A stretch of DNA of 25,477 nucleotides from Bacteriovoracaceae bacterium. GTDB lineage: Bacteria; Bdellovibrionota; Bacteriovoracia; Bacteriovoracales; Bacteriovoracaceae. The translations under genes and the position numbers were made by a program. The notes under the pieces were generated by a model. That model was not told where the DNA came from, ran no database searches, and saw nothing but the letters and a program-made list of their open reading frames with translations. Below are positions 17,769 through 25,477 of the stretch, piece by piece. The DNA lies in assembly GCA_049599895.1 (NCBI GenBank), contig JBMYPC010000034.1:1-25477 (forward strand), read 5' to 3'. How positions within the stretch are numbered: the stretch's first letter is position 1; every line of letters starts with the position of its first letter.

Positions 17769-19124
17769 ATGGAAATTAGCGTAGCTGAAAGCATGGGACT
17801 TATCATGTGCTTTCTTTTGTCTGGTTTTTTCTCGGGATCTGAAGCAGTCCTCATGTCTATTGATATTGACCGAGCAAAGCGTCTCATTGAAGAAGGCGGA
17901 GCTAAGGGTAGGGCCCTTACTTTTATGATTGAAAAGCCAAGTGAGCTTCTTGCCACAATTCTTGTAGGGAATAACATCGTTAATATTTTTGCTGCTTCAT
18001 TAACAACGACAATTGCGGCAAGAATGTTTCAAGATGATGCTGTTGGGATTTCAGTTGGTGTCACGACTTTTATTATTCTAATCTTTGGTGAAATTATTCC
18101 GAAAACATTTGCTCGAAATCATGCTGAAAGGCTTTGCGTTTTCGTGATTAGAGTTCTTCAGTTTTGTTTTTATTCTCTTTATCCTCTTATTCGTGGGGTT
18201 GTTTGGATTATGGAGACAATTCTTGGAGAAAACTCACAGCTTCAAGGAAGGCTTGTGACTAAAAAAGACATCGCCTACATGGTCAATAAAGCTGAAAAAG
18301 AAAAAACCATGGATTCTAAGCAGCTTGATATGCTGACTTCGATTTTAGAGTTTCCTAAAATTAAAGTGAAGGACATTATGGTTCCTCGGTCTCGAGTGAA
18401 GTCGATTCCTTATCGAGCAACTTATAAAGAGATCATTGACCTTGTTCAAGCAGATGTTCACTCAAGATATCCTGTGATTGATGGGGAGCTCGAAGATGTA
18501 AAAGGCTTTCTTCATGTTAAGGATCTCGCATTCTATACTAGTTCAAAGAGCTTTAAAATTGATAAACATTTGAAAGACCCTTTCTTTGTTTATGAGCATA
18601 TGAAAATTCAAGCAGTCTTTGATCATATGAATCGCAAGAAAATTCACCTTGCTCTGGTTAAGGATGAGACTGGAATTGTTGTGGGGATCGTGACCCTTGA
18701 AGATATTGTTGAAGAGATTCTTGGTGATATTCAAGATGAACACGATAGAGATGAAGAGTACGTTTCAGAAGAATACAAACAAGCTGATCTTGAAGTCGGT
18801 ATTGTTCTTGATCCTTCAATTTCTTTGAGAGACCTTGATGATGACTTTGAAATTGAAATTCCACTTAATGATAACTATTCAACTTTAACAGGCTTTATCC
18901 TCGATAACCTTGGAAATACTTTTCCAAAGCAAGGTCAGATGATTCTTTGGGAAGGGTATTCATTTGAGATTCTGACTGTTGAAAATAATGAATTAAAAGA
19001 AATCAAAATTAAATCTGTTGATGGTGAAAAACACATCTTTTCTAAAAAAACTGCGGCGAGTGGTGGTGAAGAAGAAGGTATTAGTGAAAAAACTGACCCA
19101 AGACTTTCTTTAAATGAAGTCTAA
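17769..19124 (+). CDS. HlyC/CorC family transporter (CNNM + CBS pair + CorC_HlyC)
   Basis: LSGFFSGSEAVL, ILVGNNIVN, FGEIIPK, HSRYPV, GIVTLEDIVEEILGDIQDEHD, YSTLTGFI; AAGGA SD. Confidence 0.95.
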   Translation: MEISVAESMGLIMCFLLSGFFSGSEAVLMSIDIDRAKRLIEEGGAKGRALTFMIEKPSELLATILVGNNIVNIFAASLTTTIAARMFQDDAVGISVGVTTFIILIFGEIIPKTFARNHAERLCVFVIRVLQFCFYSLYPLIRGVVWIMETILGENSQLQGRLVTKKDIAYMVNKAEKEKTMDSKQLDMLTSILEFPKIKVKDIMVPRSRVKSIPYRATYKEIIDLVQADVHSRYPVIDGELEDVKGFLHVKDLAFYTSSKSFKIDKHLKDPFFVYEHMKIQAVFDHMNRKKIHLALVKDETGIVVGIVTLEDIVEEILGDIQDEHDRDEEYVSEEYKQADLEVGIVLDPSISLRDLDDDFEIEIPLNDNYSTLTGFILDNLGNTFPKQGQMILWEGYSFEILTVENNELKEIKIKSVDGEKHIFSKKTAASGGEEEGISEKTDPRLSLNEV

Positions 19125-19663
19125 TTATTAATATCGTATTCAACTTCAAAAAGATCAATTGCACTTGAGATATGTTTTTCAATCTTTGAGATTTCTTCAT
19201 CAAGTGTAGTTTGGTCGCTTTGTTTTGAACTCTCACGTTTCTTTTTTAAAAGTGCTCCATATTGAAGGCCTGCTTTTTTAATGAAAGAAAAATAGGGATG
19301 CTCCTGATATTCACTTGTTGATGGATGATCTTCTAAAATACGCTCGGATCTTTTAATATGTTCTTCACTTGTTCGAATGATTTGACCTTGAACACGAATG
19401 CTTTGATAGAGTTCTGAGAGTTTCACTTCTTGTTGAGAGTCCTTAATCGGGCTTTCTTCAAGCTCGAGCATTTGGTCGTGAATAGGCGCGGATTTTTCAA
19501 AAGCTTTATCCCTAATAAACTCTTGTTCACCTATAAAAGCGGCTTGATTGATTAAAAGCTCGAAATATCCTGGATTGAGTCGCCCATAATCGATTTCTGC
19601 ATAAGCTGAAAATTGGAAAAGAGTTGCGAGAATAACAGTAAAAGAGAGATTTTTTAATTTCAT
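19121..19663 (-). CDS. Secreted helical hypothetical protein
   Basis: Signal peptide ending AYA; coiled-coil-like composition. Confidence 0.7.
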   Translation of the reverse strand: MKLKNLSFTVILATLFQFSAYAEIDYGRLNPGYFELLINQAAFIGEQEFIRDKAFEKSAPIHDQMLELEESPIKDSQQEVKLSELYQSIRVQGQIIRTSEEHIKRSERILEDHPSTSEYQEHPYFSFIKKAGLQYGALLKKKRESSKQSDQTTLDEEISKIEKHISSAIDLFEVEYDINN

Positions 19664-19753
19664 AACTCTTTAATTGTAGGGGCAAAAATTTTTTGATTAA
19701 ACGTCGTGAGCAGTAATTACGTATACGAAAAAAAGTTAAACAACTTAATGGAT

Positions 19754-20077
19754 TTACAGAGGCTTAAACTTAACATCACCGTTAACTTTGGCCCGACACG
19801 ACAAGCGAATAGCCTTTCCCATAACAGCCTGAGGGCCTTTTGTGTCCGAGAGATTCTTTTTCACATCATCAACAGTGTTAGTTTCAATGGTTCCGAGCTT
19901 AGAAAGGTTATTATAGCCTTCGATAACTTCGATACGACAGGCTCCACAAGAACCAGAGAGGCATCCGTGAGGGAGTTCAATTCCTTGATCCTCACATTGG
20001 TCATAAAGAAGTTCACCCTCTTTAACTTCGAGTACATGTTCTTGGTTTTCAGAGTCAATATAAGTAGCTTTTGGCAT
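19754..20077 (-). CDS. 2Fe-2S ferredoxin
   Basis: HGCLSGSCGAC...RLSC plant/adrenodoxin-type cluster motif. Confidence 0.93.
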   Translation of the reverse strand: MPKATYIDSENQEHVLEVKEGELLYDQCEDQGIELPHGCLSGSCGACRIEVIEGYNNLSKLGTIETNTVDDVKKNLSDTKGPQAVMGKAIRLSCRAKVNGDVKFKPL

Positions 20078-20329
20078 AGCGTTCAGTTTAGTTGGTGGTC
20101 GGATTGTTTTCCAGCTCTCATTTATTGTCTAAGTGCTGTCCATTATAACACGTAGCGAAACTGAAAAAACCAACTATGGCGCTTTGCGCTTGCAGTCTAG
20201 GATTGAAAAGGCCTAATATTACAGCGGAATTTCAAACATTTATCGCCTAAGTCTTTAATTTTACAGCGGTTTTGTGGTGAGGCTGCTCTTAAGACGTGTT
20301 TGAAAACCGTTAATTCTGGGAGGAAGCCG

Positions 20330-21454
20330 ATGTTAAGTTTTGAAAAGCTCTATTCTGATGGACATGAAGAAGTTGTTTTCTTTAGTGATCCTACCTGTAA
20401 TTTAAAAGTTATCGTCGCGATTCATAATACGATTCTTGGACCTGCTCTTGGTGGGACTCGAATGTGGCCATACAAATCAGAAGAAGAAGCTGTTAATGAT
20501 GTTTTAAGACTTTCAAAAGGAATGACCTATAAGGCTGCTGTTTCAGGGCTCAACTTAGGTGGAGGAAAGGCCGTCATTATTGGTGATCCAGAAGCTGATA
20601 AATCAGAAGCGCTCTTTAGAAGTTACGGAAGATTTTTAGAGTCTCTTAATGGTCGTTATATTACCGCTGAAGACGTCAACATCCGTGTTGAAGATATTGA
20701 GCATATTTTTACAGAGACAAATAATGTTTGTGGTGTCGCTAAAATCCACGGTGGATCAGGTAACCCATCTCCCTATACTGCTCTTGGTGTCTTTAGAGGA
20801 ATCGAAGCCAGTTGTGCAAAGGTTTTTGGTGATCGTTCTGTTCAAGGCAAAGTTGTGGCGCTTCAAGGGGCTGGTTCTGTAGGAAGATTTCTTGGAGAAA
20901 TTCTTTATAAAGAAGGAGCGAAAGTTCTTTTTACTGATATCAGTGAGAAGAACATTGAAAAGTTTAAGGCCATCAACCCAACAGCAGAGTTTGTAGGGAT
21001 TGATGATATCTATGATGTGGATTGTGATATCTACGCTCCTTGTGCTCTAGGGGCAACAATCAATGATGACACTATTGAAAGACTTAAGTGTAAGATCGTA
21101 GCAGGGGCTGCCAATAATCAGCTCGCAGAAGATCGTCACGGAAATATCCTTAAAGAAAAAAATATCCTCTATGCACCAGATTATCTGATTAATGCTGGTG
21201 GACTTATGAACGTATCGATTGAATTCGAAGGATGGTCAGATACTAAGGCCACAAGAATGGTTGATACGATTTACAATACAACACTTAAAATTTTCAAAAT
21301 TAGTGATGAGCAAAATATCCCTGTTTATCAAGCGACGGATATATTGGCCGAGAGTCGAATCGAATCAATTCGCCAAATTGGTGGACGTTACCTAGGGAAT
21401 AATGTTTCTCATCGATTCCCTGGAAGAAAAACTGTTAAAGGTGGGGAAGTTTAG
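20330..21454 (+). CDS. Leucine dehydrogenase (Glu/Leu/Phe/Val dehydrogenase family)
   Basis: AIHNTILGPALGGTR, GMTYK, LGGGKAVI, GNPSPYTA, GAANNQL, NAGG. GGAGG SD places the start at ATG 20330. Confidence 0.95.
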   Translation: MLSFEKLYSDGHEEVVFFSDPTCNLKVIVAIHNTILGPALGGTRMWPYKSEEEAVNDVLRLSKGMTYKAAVSGLNLGGGKAVIIGDPEADKSEALFRSYGRFLESLNGRYITAEDVNIRVEDIEHIFTETNNVCGVAKIHGGSGNPSPYTALGVFRGIEASCAKVFGDRSVQGKVVALQGAGSVGRFLGEILYKEGAKVLFTDISEKNIEKFKAINPTAEFVGIDDIYDVDCDIYAPCALGATINDDTIERLKCKIVAGAANNQLAEDRHGNILKEKNILYAPDYLINAGGLMNVSIEFEGWSDTKATRMVDTIYNTTLKIFKISDEQNIPVYQATDILAESRIESIRQIGGRYLGNNVSHRFPGRKTVKGGEV

Positions 21455-21480
21455 GCTTCAGCATAATTTAGGAGAAGTTT

Positions 21481-22068
21481 ATGAGAGTTCTAGTTTTAGG
21501 TTTACTATTAGGAGTTGTTGCAAGTTGTGGTGATGCGGATCGAGTGCAACCAGAGCCAGCAAAGAAAAATACAACGGTAAAAGTTAATAAAGACAAAAAG
21601 AGTGTTTATGATTTAGCGAAAGATCAGTTAAATCCATTAACTGTTTGTATCGCAAAAGACGAAAAGATAACTCTTCCTATCGTTATTAATCAAGATGATG
21701 AGGAAACACTGTCATTTTGGTATTTTACAACTCTTGGAAAGAAAATTCAGATTTCAACAGATGTTGAAGGTGTGGATATGTTAGTCATTAAAGAAGTTGA
21801 AAATAATAAGCTTACTTTAAGTGCTGAAAAAATTCACAATCTTTACGATGAGTCTGAGGTCACAACGGATGATGGTGAAGTTATGGATTACAGAGCCGTT
21901 TCTGAAAATAATTTCAAAACAGAACTTACAATTAATAAAAACGAGCTTTCTGGTAGCTTAATTGAAGTCCATGAAGCGTTCTATTACATGACTAATGAAG
22001 AGAGACCAGAAACCCCAGAGGTGAGAGAGGTTGATACGATAGAACTTTCTGATTGTACTGTATTTTAG
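21481..22068 (+). CDS. Hypothetical lipoprotein
   Basis: Lipobox VAS-C; AGGAG SD. Confidence 0.8.
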   Translation: MRVLVLGLLLGVVASCGDADRVQPEPAKKNTTVKVNKDKKSVYDLAKDQLNPLTVCIAKDEKITLPIVINQDDEETLSFWYFTTLGKKIQISTDVEGVDMLVIKEVENNKLTLSAEKIHNLYDESEVTTDDGEVMDYRAVSENNFKTELTINKNELSGSLIEVHEAFYYMTNEERPETPEVREVDTIELSDCTVF

Positions 22069-22095
22069 AAATTGAATTGAAATTGATAGAAAAGG

Positions 22096-22122
22096 AAAAG
22101 GGAGCTTTCGCTCCCTTTTTTT
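22096..22122 (+). terminator. Rho-independent terminator (possibly bidirectional)
   Basis: AAAAGGGAGC-TTTC-GCTCCCTTTT followed by further T residues. Confidence 0.9.
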
Positions 22123-22293
22123 GGGCGCGTTTGTTTTAAAAATTATGTTCTTGCTATTATAGCTTGGTAAGTCATCGATAATAGAAGTTCTCTTAAATAA
22201 ACTATCAGAACCATTTCACTCAACTATGGGTTAAGTTCTAGAAAAAATTGCTTCTGTTGCTTCTGTGTCTTCTTGCTCGGCTACAATGGGAAT

Positions 22294-23415
22294 GTGGAAA
22301 ACTGTATTAAAATACTAAAGTGTTTTACTCTTTTATTGTGCTTTGGTTTTGTTTCAAATCTAAAAGCAGAGATTACTTTTCGAGATGGCCAATTTCCAGA
22401 ACTCGTAACCTCTGCAAGAGCTCTTGCTATTGGCAATGCTTACGTTGCTGGAGCCAATGATGCTGCAAGTGTCTTTTATAATCCAGCTGGACTAGGCTCA
22501 ATCCGAGAATGGCATTTTCACCTTTCAAACCTCACCCTTGAATGGAATAAGAACTGGCAAAATGTAAGCTCCGGTGGAAAGGTGACCGACGCTGCTGGAA
22601 ACTTTCCCCAGGCCTTTTCTCTTGATGGATTAAGAAAGCTTCAAGTTGATGGAGGGGTTCAAGAGAAACCAACCTTTTCAAGGTTCAGCCTTGCTCCCAA
22701 TTTTACAACTCGTTACCTTTCCTTTGGCTATCTCTATAGTAAAAAAACCAGAACTCAAGTTCGTGACGATGATGGCACAGATAAATTTGAGTACGCTGAT
22801 CGTTTAGATCATGGCCCATACGTCGCTGCAAACCTTTCATTGTTTGGTGGAGTCTTTAAGTTAGGAGTCATGGGGGTGACTCTTTTTCGTAAAGAAGCTT
22901 TTGGGTCTGTAGATGCTGCAGATACAATCACATTAGAAGATGATGATTATAAATCGGGTACAGCCTATACGTTATTAGGGGGAGCGAAATTAACTCTTCC
23001 CATTACTTGGCTTCCGACTCTTGCTATTAAATCCAATAATCTCAATTCTGCTAAGTTTCATGGCGCAGCTGGAAAAACTCCTGATAAATTACGCCACAGT
23101 GTCGACTTAGGTTTTTCACTAACTCCACAGATCGGAAATATCTTAAGACTTCATATGGAAGTGAATTATAAAGATTTCGGTGATGAATATAATATGGATA
23201 CAAAAAGAAAAATCATGGCCGGTATGGAGCTAAATATCGCGCGAGTGATGTTCTTTCGCTTCGGTATTTCAGATGGCTTTGGTTCATTTGGAATTGGCAT
23301 GAGTACTAAAAGGCTCAAAGTCGACCTCACGACCTATGCAGTAGATCTCTCCGATAGTTCACTTAGGGGAATTGAAGACCGAAGATTCATCTTTGGTTTC
23401 TCCAGCGGAATCTAG
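22294..23415 (+). CDS. Outer-membrane beta-barrel of the PorV/TraF/FadL-like type
   Basis: Signal peptide; SARALAIGNAYVAGANDAASVFYNPAGL plug motif; alternating beta strands. GTG at 22294 preferred over TTG at 22273. Confidence 0.75.
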   Translation: MENCIKILKCFTLLLCFGFVSNLKAEITFRDGQFPELVTSARALAIGNAYVAGANDAASVFYNPAGLGSIREWHFHLSNLTLEWNKNWQNVSSGGKVTDAAGNFPQAFSLDGLRKLQVDGGVQEKPTFSRFSLAPNFTTRYLSFGYLYSKKTRTQVRDDDGTDKFEYADRLDHGPYVAANLSLFGGVFKLGVMGVTLFRKEAFGSVDAADTITLEDDDYKSGTAYTLLGGAKLTLPITWLPTLAIKSNNLNSAKFHGAAGKTPDKLRHSVDLGFSLTPQIGNILRLHMEVNYKDFGDEYNMDTKRKIMAGMELNIARVMFFRFGISDGFGSFGIGMSTKRLKVDLTTYAVDLSDSSLRGIEDRRFIFGFSSGI

Positions 23416-23582
23416 TCTAAAGCCTTTAATCACTAATATTTACAGTTTTGGGTAGTTTTTGAGCAAATTATTAATCCGTGTCATTTACGAGATTTCAATG
23501 TTTTGGACAAAGGTGCTCCTTTTTGGAGGATTCCGTTCCTCATGTCTGCGATTTTTTAAGAACGGAGTCTTTTAAATAAAAC

Positions 23583-24242
23583 ATGAAGTCATTATTACTA
23601 GTCGCTATTGCTCTCACTTTAGTTTCATGTGGCGAGGATTTTAATACAGACCCAGCTGATCAAAATAAAGTTTTATTCGAAAAGCTTAGTAATGTTAATA
23701 AACACGTAAAGCTTATTTCCCCAAGTATCACAAGATCACTTGATCCTTCGGCATTTTCAGAAAGAATTTATACAATTGGTCATGAGAGAAGACTTCTCAT
23801 GAAGCTAGTGGGTTTAAAAGATGTGCAAGGTGAGGCCGTCGTCAATAGTGAAAACGATGCTCATATTGTAATTCGTCCAGTTGAAGGTCATGGAAAAACT
23901 CTTGCTGAATTTGAGACAACATTAAAAATATGTCCTTTAACTCAGAATTGGGCGGTCAATGCCACTTGGGAATACTATTTTCTGCATTGATTTGCTTCAA
24001 GAAAGTGGGGCTCTGCTGGAGCTGATTTTGAAGAAGCCGGATGCATTACTCCGAGTGAACCAAGAGAAGATGAGAAGAAAAATGACGGCAATCTCTACTT
24101 TAGAATCAATGATTGGTTTCTTACCTACAGACAGTCAGTTGATAACAATTATGGCTTTATTTTGATCTCAACTGAGAAGTTAGAGGTCTATGGGGACTCT
24201 CACCCAAATTATCCACCAAGATTCAGAAGGTACATTAGATAA
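23583..24242 (+). pseudogene. Lipoprotein with a DNRLRE-like domain interrupted by one in-frame TGA (23988-23990); pseudogene, sequence error or read-through
   Basis: Lipobox LVS-C. CPLTQNWAVNATW before the TGA continues in frame as FASRKWGSAGADFEEAGC...NNYGFILIS...YPPRFRRYIR, TAA at 24240-24242 (219 codons in total). Confidence 0.75.
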
Positions 24243-24360
24243 CCTATTAGAAATAGGTTGATCTTTTCCTAACTTATTTGATGACCCCCAACTTTTTCGA
24301 TAAGGTGTCTTACGAATTTTTCTGCAATTGGTGGTATATATGACACGAAGCGAGGTGGGA

Positions 24361-25477
24361 ATGTTGGATAAGTCTAAATCTAAGAAAGTTTCTAGGGCCA
24401 AAGGCCAGACTCAAAAGATTAAAACTCGTGAATCTTCAGTTGAAAACAAACTCAAGATTACTCAAGAGTTTGGACTCACTAAAGATGATCTTCTTTCTCT
24501 GCTTCGAAATATGCGCCTCTCTCGCCGAGTCGATGATACTGAAATTTCAATGCGTAAACAATCAAAGGCCTTCTTTCAAATTTCCGGTGCCGGACACGAG
24601 GCGATTCTTACTGCTACTGCGAAAGTCTTAAAGCCAAGTTATGATTACTTCCTACCCTATTATCGAGATAGAGCTCTTTGCCTTGGTCTTGGAGTTACGG
24701 CTTACGAAATGCTTTGCCAGGCCAATGGGAATATTGGCGACACTTCTGGTGGCGGAAGACAAATGCCTGCTCACTGGGGGAACTTAAACCTTAACATTGT
24801 TAACAAATCTTCATGTACTGGAACTCAGTTTCTCCAAGCTGTAGGACTTGCTGAAGGTGGGAAATATTTAGAAGAACTTAAAAAAGATAAACTTGCTAAA
24901 GACGTTCCAAGTCACGGTGATGAAATTGTCTACGTTTCTTCAGGAGATGGTACTGTTTCCCAAGGAGAGTTTTGGGAATCTCTTACAACCGCTTGTGTAA
25001 ATAAGCTTCCAGTTCTTTATATGATTGAGGATAATGGTTATGCCATTTCTGTTCCTGTAAGAGTTCAGACTCCAAGAGGATCAATTTCAGAAGCACTGGC
25101 GAATTTCCCTGATCTTAAGATCTTTACCTGTGATGGAAATTGTCCTCTTGATAGTTTAAAAACATTAACTGAAGCAGAGAAATATTTAAGAGCTGGAAAG
25201 GGACCTGTCCTTGTTCATGCAAACGTCACTCGTCCTTATTCCCATTCTCTTTCAGATGATCATTCGATGTATCGAAGTGAAGAAGAATTAAATGAAGAGA
25301 AAGAACTTGATTGTTTGAATTCATTTCCTAAGTTTCTTTTAGAAACTGGATATGCCACTCAAGAAGATATTGATTCTCTTTACAAAGAAATTGACGAAGA
25401 AATCCAAGATTCTCTTGATCGGGCTCTTGAAACTCCATGGCCTAAAAAAGAAGACTCGTTAAAGCATCTTTATTCTG
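24361..25477 (+). CDS. 2-oxoisovalerate (branched-chain 2-oxoacid) dehydrogenase E1, probably the fused alpha/beta type; 3' end outside the window
   Basis: Not in the ORF track because it has no stop in the window. Manual translation shows FFQISGAGHEA, PYYRDRAL, GGRQMPAHWG, TGTQFLQAVG, GDGTVSQGEFWE, IEDNGYAISVP, HSLSDD; GAGGTG SD. Confidence 0.93.
   Translation, partial: MLDKSKSKKVSRAKGQTQKIKTRESSVENKLKITQEFGLTKDDLLSLLRNMRLSRRVDDTEISMRKQSKAFFQISGAGHEAILTATAKVLKPSYDYFLPYYRDRALCLGLGVTAYEMLCQANGNIGDTSGGGRQMPAHWGNLNLNIVNKSSCTGTQFLQAVGLAEGGKYLEELKKDKLAKDVPSHGDEIVYVSSGDGTVSQGEFWESLTTACVNKLPVLYMIEDNGYAISVPVRVQTPRGSISEALANFPDLKIFTCDGNCPLDSLKTLTEAEKYLRAGKGPVLVHANVTRPYSHSLSDDHSMYRSEEELNEEKELDCLNSFPKFLLETGYATQEDIDSLYKEIDEEIQDSLDRALETPWPKKEDSLKHLYS

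Noticed and set aside
19706..20155. 149-aa plus-strand ORF
   Set aside because: Antisense to the well-supported 2Fe-2S ferredoxin and has no recognisable motif.
20219..20269. Direct repeat TTACAGCGG twice in the leucine dehydrogenase leader
   Set aside because: Only 9 nt and two copies; cannot be distinguished from chance without comparative data.
22154..22181. sigma28-like ATCGATAA upstream of the barrel gene
   Set aside because: No TAAA/TAAG box at the matching spacing.
12207..23990. Genome-wide TGA reassignment (genetic code 4 or 25)
   Set aside because: Long conserved genes are complete without internal TGA, and TGA serves as an ordinary stop in the ATGA overlap at 17017-17020.
23959..24165. 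68-aa track ORF as a frameshifted second half of the lipoprotein
   Set aside because: The coherent continuation is in the original frame after the TGA, so no frameshift is needed.
24180..24631. Track ORFs 24180-24401(-) and 24428-24631(+)
   Set aside because: They overlap the E1 CDS starting at 24361, or the lipoprotein tail, in other frames; spurious.

Overview
AT-rich, densely coded bacterial chromosome segment. Gene content and protein style suggest Bdellovibrionota (Bacteriovorax/Halobacteriovorax-like); this is an inference. In order it holds: the 3' end of rimO; an 1822-aa Cys/Asp-rich lipoprotein (- strand); a secreted DUF4214-like protein; epmA; ftsY; zapA, 5-formyl-THF cyclo-ligase and rny; a membrane protein; a signal-peptide-only remnant; a CNNM/CBS protein; selO/ydiU; a Dus; a NUDIX / GHWYL membrane protein / Zn-ribbon membrane protein operon; a second CNNM (CorC/HlyC); a secreted protein; a 2Fe-2S ferredoxin; leucine dehydrogenase; a lipoprotein; a PorV/TraF-like beta-barrel; a DNRLRE-like lipoprotein split by one in-frame TGA; and the 5' part of a branched-chain 2-oxoacid dehydrogenase E1. 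I found no rRNA, tRNA, CRISPR array or mobile element. The best leads are the giant lipoprotein (five phage-like beta repeats between two Ig-like domains, with sigma28-like and possible sigma54/IHF sites upstream), the in-frame TGA followed by 83 coherent codons, a GC-rich structured element upstream of zapA while the usual 6S RNA slot is too short, and the uncharacterised GHWYL/Zn-ribbon gene pair.
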